A DNA stretch of 64,000 nt, taken from NCBI RefSeq assembly GCF_018350175.1, contig NC_058368.1, forward strand, positions 200,696,001-200,760,000. Direction: 5' to 3'. A program made the position numbers and the translations under genes. The notes beneath the pieces were generated by a model. That model was given only the letters and a program-made list of their open reading frames with translations. It ran no database searches and was not told where the DNA came from. Shown in pieces: positions 25,101-38,300 of the stretch (position 1 is its first letter; each line of letters begins with the position of its first letter). Source of the stretch: Felis catus. Taxonomy: Eukaryota.

Positions 25101-26665
25101 TTTAGCCTTTTAGGAAGAGTGTAACAACATTTTCAACCTCACAAATTATTCTTGTAGGGTAGAGCTGTTCTTCTTCCCTAGGAGCCTAGGGATGGCTTTT
25201 AGTGACTGAGAAGGTCTAAGTATCTGGAAACAACCTAGAATCAAACCTTTTGAGGAGAGAAGAGAGGACAGAGAGGGAAAGTTTGGGGCACAGAACTTCA
25301 CCACACATGCACAAACTTCAAGCTTACCTCTCACTGGAAGGACAAGAAGCAACACTGAATCTGTCACCATAGGTCTCCAGTTTTTAAGACTTTGCCAGTT
25401 GTATGTGGTTCTCTTTTGATATAGTATAACCTTTTATCAGAAAAATACTTACGGGAAAAACCTTTAAGTTTAACATAAAACCTAATTCTTTTTGCTTCTA
25501 TTGAAACTTGGAAGACTGGATCCTTATTAGAGTGCATTTCTACAAAGAGATAAACATTTTAAAAAATAAGCATGAATGGAATCCAGGATAAAATGCATCC
25601 ATTTGTGCAGGAAAATAGCTTTTACTGAAGAAAATGGCACAAATTCATCATATGGAGAAAAATGTCATTTCAAAGCCTATTTCCAAGATCAAAATGCAGA
25701 ACTTTTAATACAATATATTAGCTTTTTAGACACTCTAAATCTACAACTTTTTACAGCCAAAGGGTTTTTTTTTTCAATCTTTTTGAGAACATCAGCAATT
25801 AATTACCCCCTATCAATAGAGAAATTGTCAAAACTCGTTTAAAAACATCTGGAAAGGAACCTCAGCTAAAAAGGGCTTTGTAAATTGTTGCATACCAGGG
25901 ACACTATGTTGAATAACAGTTTTACTTAAGTGTTTTAATTAATCTTTGTATATAACTGCGTACTAAATGCATATTACCAACTTTATGAAATAAACTCTCA
26001 TGTCAGGACTGCTAGTTTTTGTCTTGCTCATGTTAAATGCATTTCAACATGCCGTGACATACAGCTAATAAAAGGGCATCTGTCACAAGGGACTAAGTAC
26101 CAAAATCAACAATTTGCATAGTGAACAAGGTTTACATTGTGGCAACTCATGTTGCCTTTTACGGAACAATGGGATGAACACTCCCTTATGGCCTCTACTA
26201 AGTACTAGCCATGTGGCCTTAGAAAAAGAAATCCCCTCTCATCCCACTTTTTCCCAGTGGTGCTTTGTCAGTTCACAGCAAGGGTTTGACTTCATGCCCT
26301 GGTCTCTGTCTGAGAGGAAGTCCAGCTCAATTCAATTTGCTTCCCTCTGCCTTTTAGTAATGAAACAGCATCCATTTGGGCAGGCCCCATGATAATGCAG
26401 AGCAGATGGGCAGAGTTTTGTCTAATTAGATTCTGGGCGGCCTGTTTGCTATAGTAAATGTGTGTGTATTTGCTTATTTCACACTTATTTTGGTGACAAC
26501 AGCTTAGTAGAGATAAGATAGAAATGAATGTGGGACATAGCCTCACTAAAGAGCTACTTAATGCAAATCAATAATTTTAATTCAATTACTATTTCTATCA
26601 ACTATTTAATGAGTTTCTTGCAGGCCCTTTGATCTAAAAAAAGTTTCTCTTTTTAAAAAAAATAT

Positions 26666-26764
26666 TATTTTTTTCTTTCTCCTTCCTTCCTTCTTTCCTT
26701 CCTTTTTTCTTCCTCTTTTTCTTTCCTTCCTCCTTTCCTTCTTTATTTCCTTCTTTCATTTTTT
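26666..26764. repeat. CT-rich low-complexity tract
   Basis: Degenerate (CTTC/CTTT)n. Confidence 0.85.
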
Positions 26765-27363
26765 GTCCAAAGATTATTGGTAAGATACCGGGTTTGTCAT
26801 ACAGATTATTTTAAAAGCCCAATCAAATAATATAGTTAAAAACTCAGTACCAAGAAAGCCAGTCTATTCTTTCTGCACTTAGATTTCTCAAAAGACACAC
26901 ATAGATATTTTAAAACATAGCCACAGACATGTAGTGTATATACCCGCCCAGGTGATATTTATTGTCATCTCCATCATTATCACTCATGTTAGTAGTTTCC
27001 CTTGGGTGTAACTGTTCACCATCTTCTTCAGTTAGGGACTCACCAAAGAGGGAGCATTCAGGCTGTGGCAGTTTCACCGGTTAGTTTCAGAAACAGGATT
27101 GTTTGACTCTCGGTCTTGACCTTTCCCTAATAACGTTGCAGCTTCTTTATTTTTCTTAAACTCTTTATACATAAACACACACACAAACTCTGGGGACCTA
27201 GACTGAGATACTGAAATGGTGAGATAGTTAAAAGCTTCTGTTGGGTTGATCACAGTTTTGTGCTTACTTCAGTGACCTCTCCTTGACTCCCTCTCCCTTT
27301 AAGTACTCAAGGTCTGAGGACTCTCCCTCCGACTCCTCAATCAAATACATCACAGTGGAAAAG

Positions 27364-27568
27364 TTTTTAAATTTTTTTTTTGGTGTTTATTTATTTTTGA
27401 GAGAGATTGTGAGCCAGGGAAGGGCAGAGAGGGAGACAGAATCTGAAGCAAGATGCAGGCTCTGAGCTGTCAGCCCAGAGCCTGATGTGGGGCTTGAACC
27501 CACAAACTACGAAATCATGACCTGAGCTAAAGTCAGACGCTTAATCCACTGAGCCACTCAGGCACCCC
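27364..27568 (-). mobile_element. Can-SINE
   Basis: Complete; TSD atcacagtggaaa / atcacaatggaaa. Confidence 0.95.
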
Positions 27569-28369
27569 ATCACAATGGAAATTTAAATCAATGTCTTACA
27601 GATAGGAAATTAAAAACTGTATCTTTATATGACATAATCGAAGTCTATCACAAAATCATTTCATGCTTTCAATAAAATGGCTATGTATAAAGGCTTTAGG
27701 AAGAGAGAGAAAGAAAATGTTCTGGATGAAATCTTACCACATAGTAGACTACTTGATGTGCTTACAAAGAAATGGCAAATAATATTTGAAAATACACATT
27801 AGAAAAGCCAGATGTGGAATTTGGATTCCGGCTCTTATATCAGAAGAGAAGCCCTATTTTCTGAAAAACTGGGGCCTACTGTAATACAAGTCTCATATTC
27901 TTTGGAGTTGCTTATCTGTAAATATTGTTAGGCCCACAGAGCAGACATCATAAACCAGATTCTGAATTTCAAATGCTCAACTTATCTCTTCTCCTTGTGT
28001 GCTCTTTCAATGGAGAACAGTAAATATAACCAGCTTAGTTTCAAAAACAACAGCAAAAGAAGCACCCAATCCATAGTACAAAAATGTACGAGGCTGGTTT
28101 GGGAATCCAAATAGTCCTTATCTAAATCAAAAGATGAGAGCCTCTGAAAACAATTAAACAATTCTGATAACCCTGGTTGAAACAAAAGGCATCATATTCT
28201 CACCATGGATGCAAGAAGAGTAGGCTAATCGCCTTTTCCCCATCAAGCTGAAGAGGAAGAGAAACCACCTCTCTGATTTTTTTTTCCCAAAGACTGTTAT
28301 TTCCATATACGCCAACATGAATTTATTGCCGGCCCCCTCCTCCTCTTGAGACCTGCTTCTCTTCTTGTC

Positions 28370-29380
28370 TTCCATATCTCAGTAAACGACACATCCATTT
28401 TATATCACACAAACCAGAAACCTTGCCGTCTTCCTTGATAGCCTGCACTCCCTATCACTTTCTCCCTCCATCACATCACTTACTTCTGACAGTCTCCTAA
28501 ATAGCTCCCGGAATCTGTTCCCTTTTTCCTCATGTCCCCCGCCAGCCCCTGAGGAGGTCCTCATCATCTCTCATCTGGAAGAAAGGAAAATCCTAGCCAG
28601 CCTCCTTACCCCTTCACCCTCAGATCCTGCTGCAAAATTAATCTTTCTGGCATATATATGGTAATATATATGGTAAATATATTCCTCCCCCCCCCCCGGT
28701 TTACAAACTTCACTGGCTCCCCATTACCAATGGAATGAAATCTGAAATCTATATTATCACTGACACCTTCCGGCATCTTCTCTCACCTCAGTACCTGAGG
28801 ATCCAATCTCATCAAGTTTCTCATCAACATCCAGAATGCTGCCTATTCTTGTTTACCCTATGGCTGCAAACACTACTCTCTGAGCTTTAAAGCCCTCATT
28901 GGATTTTCTGGTCTGGTGAGCTCCTTTTAATTTTTTTTTTAACGTTTATTTATTTTTTTTGGGACAGAGAGAGACAGAGCATGAACGGGGGAGGGGCAGA
29001 GAGAGAGGGAGACACAGAATCGGAAACAGGCTCCAGGTTCTGAGCCATCAGCCCAGAGCCTGACGTGGGGCTCGAACTCGCGGACTGCGAGATCGTGACC
29101 TGGCTGAAGTCGGACGCTTAACCAACTGCGCCACCCAGGCACCCCTCCTTTTAATTTTTAATACACACCTCAAGTAGATACTCCTCCGTGACAATTTCTC
29201 TGCATCATCCGCCACTGCGTTGTCCTCACTCCCAGCTTTGTGCTTATCTCATTTTATTGTAATTTTTTACAAGAACAGATTTTCCCAGAGATTCATTGGA
29301 GACCTTATTGTTTCTTAACTGTGGTCTTCAGGTCTACATGCAAGGATACAGAAAAATATGGACAAGTGTTTATTGCATCA
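28370..29380 (+). mobile_element. L2 fragment interrupted by a SINE
   Basis: 'ccatatctcagtaaacgacacatcc...aaaccagaaaccttg...catcatctctcatctgga...cttcactggctccccattacc' is typical of L2. Confidence 0.65.
28936..29144 (-). mobile_element. Young felid Can-SINE
   Basis: Perfect 15-bp TSD ctccttttaattttt (28921-28935 / 29145-29159). Confidence 0.97.
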
Positions 29381-30486
29381 TGAATACACGTATCAATGTC
29401 TCCTTTCTAAACTTTCCTTCTCTTTGTCAGGGTTGCCGACATTTTATTGGCCACCTAGGCAGAGAACTATGCAGTTGCCCATGAGCAAACATTTCTTCCA
29501 TGCTCCTCACCCTTGTTATCTCTATTTATTCTATCAAATATTCTTCCTGATATTCAATGTTGCCGATAATATATTGCCACATTTCTTAATCAGCCACATT
29601 TCATGGCTTCTTTAAACTTCCACTCATTTCAACCCTTCTCTATTATAACTGCTCCTGAATTGGTAAAAAGGCATCATTGTCTCTTACTAGGACTATTTGT
29701 GAGTCTGAAATATCAAATGAACCATCACATATACTGGAATTTCTCTGGTACTAAGGCTCTCATGAATCTTGTTAATTCTGTAGTGCCCTGTCTGACTTCC
29801 TTTCTTAATGTGCTAAATGTCATTACACTTAGTTCTTCTTATATCATTTCTCTGCTAAAATATCTCTAGTGCCTTCCCTGCCATGGAATATATTTACCTA
29901 TAGGATCTTTTTAATGTTTAAGATGAACTTAGCTTCTGTAGGCAAATATTACTCATTGTTCCAGTCCTTTGTCTTCTCTGAAATATATAAAGAAATAATT
30001 TAGAACTTAACTGTCTACTGCTCTACATGTAAACTGTTACAAATAACAATATATTCAGGACCAGAAAAATTCTGCAATATGTAGTAGACAGCACTGTATT
30101 TCAGAGAATTCTTTGCTGTGCAGCCTCACTACTGATGCCAGCAGAGGAAATGATGCCCTTTGGTCAATTTTTCTTGGGTGTATCCTGTGTATTTCCTCTC
30201 TAAGATCTTTCATAGATAAAATGGAAATGGAAAATCCTTTCCTTGTGAGAGGTAATTGATCACCTAATACATTGCCTGAAATACTTTTGTCCTTAGTTGT
30301 CTTTCACTTACTTTCAGATTTATTCTACCTTCTAGTTCCTTTACAAATTTAAGTAAATTTCTAACTCTGATGAATATTAACTTTCTCACTGTTGGTGAGT
30401 TTGTCTTTTCATAAAGAATAAAAGTCTTTGTTAAAAATATTAGCAACATCTAAAGAAGAGATCATAATTTACGTTTCATAACATTC

Positions 30487-30743
30487 CTCTCTTCTTTTAA
30501 ATGTTTATTTATTTTTGAGAGAGTGTGTGTGAGTGTGCACATGTGTGCACATGTGGACATGGAGAAGGAGGACAGAGAGAGAGAGAGAGAGGGAAGGAGG
30601 GAGGGAGGGAGGGAGAATCCCAAGCAGGTTCTGCACTGTCAGCACAGCGCCTAGCTCAGGACTCAAGCTCATGAACTGTGAGATGATGACCTGGGCCGAA
30701 ATCAAGAGTCAGGAGCTTAACCAACTGAGTCACCCAGGTACCC
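30487..30743 (-). mobile_element. Can-SINE with expanded compound microsatellite
   Basis: Head at 30743; CT region elaborated with gtgcacat, GA and GGGA repeats; degenerate ~20-bp TSD ending ataacattc. Confidence 0.93.
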
Positions 30744-31339
30744 AATTTTGTTTAATAACATTCTAAACTAAAATATAAAATTTCTCATCCTGTATGTTCA
30801 AAGATACAGATTTCATTTTACTTAGTACAAAAAATAGAAACCAGGAGATGTTTTATTCTGTCAGGGGAAAATTCTTGATTTGAGGACACAGCCTGCCTCT
30901 CCATTGTTCATGAGTCCTCAATCCACACACGACTCCCTCTTCACTTCACCCAAACCACCAGACATGATATTTTCTTATCTTTCTAGGAGGCTGATGTGAA
31001 TTGTGGGTAGCTGATTTGCCCCTTCCAGGCTTTTCTTCTTCCAAATTAGATAAAATAACACAACTGCCAAATTAATTTGACTCCTTAATATCAACAAATA
31101 AATACCAAACTCCTTAGCCACTCTTTGAAGCCCTCCATAATTTTTCCTTTATCCCATATTTCAGCTTTATCTGCCATCTCTCACTATTTTATACATGACT
31201 ATAAACTGATAATATCTCCTTCCAGGACTACAACCAACAGGATCACACATGCTCTTTCAAGCATATCTGGTTCCTTCTCACCTTTTCCCTTTGCTGTTTA
31301 TACCATCCACTCACTTTATCCAGAGAGACCCCTGCATCC

Positions 31340-32181
31340 TTTTTTTTAAAAGCAGAATATAATTCATGTACCATAAAGTTCACCATTTTAAGTATATAAA
31401 TTAGTGATTTTAAATATGTTTACAAAACTTTGCAATCATTCACTACTATCCAATTCCAGAATATTTTATCACCTCAAAATGAAACACTATACCTATTAGC
31501 AGGAGGCTACCCCTCCTTCTCCTGGTCCCTAGAAATCACAAATCTATTTTCTGTTTCTATAGATTTGCCTATTCTGGACATGTCATACAAATGGAATCAT
31601 ACAGCACATGGCCTTTTGTATCTGGTTTCTTTCATTTAGCATGTATTCAAAGTTCATCCACATTGCAGTATGTATCAGTACTTAATACATGAGGTATGGC
31701 TGAATAATATCCCACTGTATAAATATACATCATTTCCTTTTCCCATTAATCACTTAATGCATATTGAATTCTTCCATTTTTTGGCTATTCTGAATAATAT
31801 TAATATAAACATTTGTGTAAGAATTTGTGTAGACATTTCTTTTAGGTATATACGAGTGGAATGTTGGATCACAGGGTAACTCTATTTTTAACTTTTTGAG
31901 GAACCGATAACTGGTTTCCAAAGTGGCTATACTATTTTATAGTCCAATAACTTCTTCACATCCTTGCCTGCATGTTATTGTTTGTCTTTTTTATTGTAAC
32001 CATCCTGGCAGGTAATAAGTGGTATCTCATTGTGGTTTTGATTTGTATTTCTCAAACGACTAAGATATTGAGCATCTTTTCACGTGCTTGGCCATTTGTA
32101 CATCTTCCTTAGAGATACTAGTCCTTTACTAGATACACGATTTGTAAATATTTTCTCCCATTCTGTGGGTTGTGTTTTCAC
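31340..32181 (-). mobile_element. Old L1 (L1MB-like) 3' fragment, inserted in an L2 relic
   Basis: T-tail then 'ataattcatgtaccataaagttcaccattttaag...atggaatcatacag...ggtatctcattgtggttttgatttg...ttctcccattctgtgggttg'. Confidence 0.85.
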
Positions 32182-34348
32182 GTTTTTGGTGGTGTCCTGG
32201 AAAAACACACAACCTCTCCTGTATCTTATCAATTAAATTCTGCTCATCCTTCAAGACTATTTTTAAATGCCTTTTATTTCTTGATAGTCTTTTTAGCTCT
32301 CTCAAATTGGTGCTATCTCTTTGCTTTTTTTCCCCTGGGCAGAGCACATGGTTAATATCTGCTACTATATTTATAAAATATTACCTTCGGTAAGTGTTCA
32401 TTCTCTTTACATTTGGATTCTCCAGATCAGTGACTATGTTTTATAGGCTTTGCTTATTCTATGCTATCTTTGTTTGTAGCAAGAGTATCTAAACATATTT
32501 TGTTAATTTATTAAAGAAGCAAGAGCCAGTAGAGCTAAGACAGGTAGTGTACATATGCCAGTGTAAGTGTATGTGAGTCTGGGGAATATGTTTAAAATGA
32601 CTTCTCCACGTGAATGAACTTTTATGGAAACTGCTTTCCCCTAGGGTGGGAATGTCAAAGTAAGACAGTTATACTTGGATACCCCTAAACAAAAATGCCA
32701 ACAAGAATTGTACACCTGACATTATTTAGTTTATTTCTAGCTAGACTTTTTTTTTTAAGTAAATACAATTAAGAAGCAACGTCTTTGGGGCATGTTTCTA
32801 ATCATATGCTCCTATAATTGCATTTTCTTTTACTGTTCACAACTAGAAATTTGTTTTCCATAAAATGTGTGTTTTTACAACCACGAGTTCTTGATTGCTC
32901 ACTTCTCAGAGCTAAATTAGCATTGGTCCTCTTTCCCTTATGACTAGCTAATACTGTACTAATGAAAAACAGGGCCTCTTTATTTATAATGGCCTTGGGG
33001 TCAATTATCAATTTATCATCATGTCCTGCAGATTTAAAATAAAATATGCTGTGCAGTATAACCATTGTACAAAATTGACATTAAGTAGATTCTGTGAGTT
33101 TGGACTTAATAAAAAATACAAAGAGTGCTGCCTAAAAGGTTTCTCCAACTATAAATTCTATTAGGCAGCTTTTAATACAAGACAGTAGGAAACTGAACAA
33201 CTGAATTAGAGACAGTTTTTTCACTGCTGCTTTTTGTCTCATATATGTGAACAGTCATTGGAGGACCGTTTGCTAATTCGTAGAAACAGCATTTCATATC
33301 TCTTTAAGAAGGTAATTCAAAAGCTGCCTGAATTTTTACTTATGTCAATCTCTGTGTAGATATTAAACAATTTACATCTGATGTCAACCTATTTGCATAA
33401 GACATTCTGTTACCCTAGGGATTGTATGCATGGCATATGAGGAACAATGGTTTCTTGTGTCAAAAAAGAAAAACCCCTAAGTCCTTCACATTTACCGATT
33501 AATCCACATACACCAAACTAAATTCAATCTTGGCACTATCCTCCTGGAAGTCTGTGAGATGGCATAAAGTTTTACGTTTTAGCTCCTATTGAAGATAACT
33601 TTAATTCCCACATAGGAATGTTGCTATCCATGCTGAGACTCAGGCCCTGTGTATGTGATATTAGGATCAGCATATGCTGCCCAGGCACATGTTATTATAT
33701 ATACGACTTAAAGCCACAGATTCAATGAGAATGTAAAGGCAGAAACAGAGTTGAAAGTTAATTGTGCATTTGAGAGTGTGACGTAGTTTCTTAACTTTGA
33801 AGGACAGAGTCACCTGCTAAGTCCTACCCAGTGAAGACTGAGGAAATTCTAGGTACTATGCTGTCTGTTCCCCAGAAACTCGAGCCCTACCGAAAGTGCT
33901 CAATAGCCACATATGACTGCACTGACTACTGTATTAGCATAGTTATGGAACATTTCCATCTTCATAAAAGGTCCTACTGGACAGTGTTATTCTAGAAAGT
34001 GTTATTTTATTCAATTCCTTATACCTTAGGTTCCATTACATTTTTAATGGCCTCACTTTTGAAGAGTGACTTAGTCTGGGACTGGATTTGTTCGTTCTGC
34101 CAAATTTATATCCTTCTCTGCACCTTACAGTTAATAATATTTTTAGTGAGAAGAGTAGAAATGGAATGTAAAAGGGACATAGAGGAACATAAATGAAGAA
34201 TAAGGTGTGAGGATCCAATGTACTCATGAGGCCCAAGGACTTTGACTCTTAGTTCAGAAGTTGTTTTTTATTAAGAAAAAAACATCCACAGAGCCTCTAA
34301 AAGACCCATTATACAAGTAAAAACGATATTAAAAATTTTGTTAGTTTT

Positions 34349-34435
34349 TTTAAATTTTTTATTAATATTGTTTTTATTTTTTTTAAGTTCATTTATTTAT
34401 TTTGAGAGAGACAGCATGAGTGGGGGAGGGAGGGG

Positions 34436-34486
<51 letters not shown>

Positions 34487-34610
34487 CCAAGCAGACTCTG
34501 TGCTGCCAGTGCAGAGCCCGATGTGGGACTCAAACCCACGAAACTGTGAGATCATGACCTGAGCCAAAACTGAGTAGGACACTCAACTGACTGGGCCACC
34601 CAGGCACTCC
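34349..34610 (-). mobile_element. Can-SINE with long (GA)n
   Basis: (GA)~21 at 34440-34482; TSD tttgttagtttt. Confidence 0.95.
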
Positions 34611-36720
34611 TGTTTGTTAGTTTTAAATAGCTTCCAGAATTGACATTATAATTTCTCATTAATCAGTTTTGTATTTATCATTTGTCATATTAATTAAATG
34701 ATAAAAATTGAAATACAAGAAAAAACAATATATGTATATCCCTAACATGTAATATAAATAAAATGATACTGTTTCCACACTGATTCTTCTTTTATTGGAA
34801 GCACTGAAAATATGAACATAATTTGTTTTTAGATCCTTTCTAAAATACAATAGAGTAAAAAACATGTCCTTTCCAGAAAAAAAAAAAACTGTCTTATTTC
34901 AGGGAACTTCTTTTGGAAATACATATATCACAATGAACATCTTGGATTACTTGTGAATATTATCTAGAAAATTGGTTTAAAGAAACTTTATTGTATGTGA
35001 ACTATACAGGTAACGTTCTCTCCCTCACTTTGCCAGGAGCAGCTTAGGAGGGAATTACATTTGGTTGTATATATCTATTTTTTAATGTGTTTTTCACCAT
35101 TTACTTTCAAGTGAGTTTTGTTAAAAAAATAATCATAACAATATCTGGTTGCCCTGGAAAGAAATGCCTTATGCATTCATCAGGAAAAGGGTAGCTTTCT
35201 TTGAAAGAAATTCATTACTCATTAACCACTTTCAGTCCGGGTCCAAACTTTGGGTGCCATTATGCAAAGCACAGCAACAGGTTGTACAGACAAGGCAGGT
35301 TTTCAAGCAGCACCTTCTGCCAAGCTCTCCAAAAGCACAGCACACCCCAGCTCCTGTCTGCAAAGTTGATGAATGTACTTCAGACAGGGCTAGGACATGG
35401 CTCAGTACAGTTCTCTAAACGGTGATAAATGACCACCTTTGTGTGAAATGGGTTAGGTGGGAGGGCCACCCTTTGACAAGGCAGAAAATGAAATGATTAC
35501 TATTGCATTCTATTGACTTGTCTGGTTAGAACAGTTGTGCCTCTTCCTAGAGGTTAATTGGACTTGAACTCAAGAAATTAAGAGGTCAGCTGGGGTCACA
35601 GTGACAGCAGGCCCACTTTTAACTTGCTGCTAATAACATTTGGCAGAAGGAGGATGAATCTGGGAATTTTAGTCTAGGTGCCGTTCCATTTCTTTAAGAG
35701 TCCTGGTTTGTACAAATTATTAAACATCCCTTAACTTTGTATCACATAAAAAATTCAATCAATGTGTTTTCAATCCTCTCAGGCATTCCAGTATAACTGA
35801 ATTTTCTTGAAACAATAAACATTAGAATGCATGTTAGATATATTTATTTATGCATATATATCTATACATTCATATGCTTAGAATAGTTATTGAATACTCT
35901 CCATCACAAAATGAAGAGGTTTGGATTTAAGAAGAAAAGATTCAAAAATGCTTGAAAATGACATTCTGATATATTTACTGAGGCCTTCCTTTCTACCCAA
36001 CACTAAATGCTATCCATTCTTTATCATAGAGAATGAAAGGAGAGCAGATTGAAGTATTTTACAATATAAACAGTGAGGCATATCCAAATGTGTAAAGTCT
36101 CTGTTTCACCTGTATGTTTGCAAGCTTCACACATTTTTATTGAAGAATATAGTAAAACAATTGAATCGTAACTGCTTCCTAAGAAGAACGGCCCAATTTA
36201 GTTACACAAGACTTATTTCAACTTTACCTTTCTTTTCTTGGTTACTTTACACGTCAGAGTCTCTTGCTTGAACTGACCCTAGCACTATCCTGTGTGGCAT
36301 TTGCCACACCACGGCACCTCACAAGGAGCCCAAGTGAGGGGCAGAGTCCCCAAGAGCTTTTGAGGGGGAGGAGCATGGTGTACAATGAGCCACAAGAGAG
36401 CAGAGAGCCTCAAGGGAGAGTTGGGATGAAACGTAGGAGTGTCATCCAGATGGTGGGGAACAAGGCACATCACCTAATTAGCAGTTCTGCTCTGGCAGCT
36501 GTGTAACTGGGGCACCATGAGGGAGGCTAGCGGCCCCGGAAGCGTTCAGTGGTGACGCTGCTCCCAGCCCTCTGCATTATGGACATCAGTTGTGCCAATC
36601 ATTTACTTGTACGGGATTCCTAAGAAACTTGGATATGATGGAGAAATTATTTTGTTTCTTTTCCCTAGGGACAAATCCAAATGAAACCCAAAACTTTGGA
36701 GATTGTATACATAGCTCCTT

Positions 36721-36875
36721 TTTTTAAATTTCAGCAATATTTATTGAGATATAATTGGCAGATAGCATTATATAAGTTTAAGAAGTGCAAAGTGTTGATT
36801 CGATTCACTGTTATATTGCAAGATAATTATCATCATAGCCTTAGGGAATTCTTTCATCATGTCACATAATCATCA

Positions 36876-36918
<43 letters not shown>

Positions 36919-36951
36919 TAAGAACATGTAAGATATATTCTCTTAACTTTC

Positions 36952-37012
<61 letters not shown>

Positions 37013-37418
37013 CATTATTTTTAATTATAGTCACTGTGCTGTGCATTAGAGCCCAAGAAACATTCATGTTCTAACTGGAAGTTTATACCCTTTGATCATT
37101 ATCTCCCTATTGCCCTCACTCCCAACCCCTGGTAACCATCATTCTATTTCTGAGTTTTTTTAGATTCCACATATAAGTAAGATCATACATGGTCTTTCTC
37201 TGACATTTAACTCAACATAACGCCTTCAAGGTCCATCTATGTTGTTGCAAATGGGAAAAAAAGTATTCACGATCCATGTACCTGATAAGGGATTAATATT
37301 CTAAAATTATATATAAAGAGCCCATACAACTCAATAACAGAAAAACGAACTGATTAAAAAATGGGCAAAGAAACTGAAGCATCACTTTTCCAAAGAAAAC
37401 ATACAAATGGCCAACAGG
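36721..37418 (-). mobile_element. 5'-truncated, 5'-inverted L1 (L1MA/carnivore-type)
   Basis: 36721-37254 is an L1 3' end on - strand; 37250-37420 is an L1 ORF2 segment on + strand (cctgataagggattaatatt...aaatgggcaaag...ttccaaagaaaacatacaaatggccaacagg). TSD ca(t/c)agctcctt. Confidence 0.88.
36878..37010. repeat. (GT)n and compound (AT)n(GT)n microsatellites within the L1 3' end
   Basis: Seen directly at 36878-36917 and 36952-37010. Confidence 0.95.
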
Positions 37419-37840
37419 CACAGCTCCTTGGTCTACTAAAAATAACTTATTTTCTCATGTATGCTATGGCTTTGCAGTAAGAGGCATACCACAATAAAAC
37501 TCTAAGAATATTATTCTATCAAAGGATCATGCTATACTAACCAGCTTAATACTAAATTTCTTTTAGCCAGCTTAATACTAAATTTCATTACTGTTTAACC
37601 TAATAAATTATAAAATCCCTAAAACAATCAGAAGAAATATGCCAGGTTTTGACTTATTTTGTAGGGGAGAAAGTGCTCTGGGTTAGAAATAAGGAAGCTT
37701 GCGTTCTCTGCCACTCATTAAAAATAATCCTAGACAAATCATTGAACTATACTCGTCCCCATCCTCATCTGTAAAATGAGAGCATTGGTTTTACTGATCA
37801 CTAAAAGCCCTTATAGATTGGAAAATCAGAGGGTCTAAGG

Positions 37841-37985
37841 CAGTGGGTCTCAACCCTGGCTGTACATTAGAATCACCTGGGGAGCTTTAAATTGAATTAA
37901 CCTCCAGGGGTGAACCTGGGCATTGGTGTGTGTCTTAAAAGTTCCCCAGGTGATTCTAATGTACAGGCAGGGTTGTGACCCTCAG
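37841..37985. mobile_element. MER5A-like hAT-Charlie non-autonomous DNA transposon (palindromic)
   Basis: Starts cagtgggtctcaaccctggc; internal 33-bp inverted arms containing cattagaatcacctgggga. Confidence 0.85.
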
Positions 37986-38029
37986 CATTATGATATCACC
38001 AAACCCAAGCCGTGCCTATAACTATTAGA

Positions 38030-38300
38030 CCACTCACATTTATCGAGCACTTAATCCAGGCACTGTTCTTGTCATCAATTATCTAAATTATGCAATCCTT
38101 GCAACCTGCTACGAATTGGGTATTATTAGCCCAACTTTACCCCGTTTTACAAATGAGGAAACTGAGGTTTATACAGGTGAAGTAAATCAGCCAAGGACCA
38201 CTCCCTCGCCCCCCCCCAACCCCCACCCCCAGCTATAGAGTGGCAGAGCCAGCAGGATTTGAGCCTGAACTGAATGCCAGAACCTGTGTTCCTAACTTTT
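38030..38300 (-). mobile_element. MIR
   Basis: 'catttatcgagcactt...ccaggcactgttc...cccgttttacaaatgaggaaactgaggt...gtggcagagcc...ggatttgagcc'. Confidence 0.85.
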
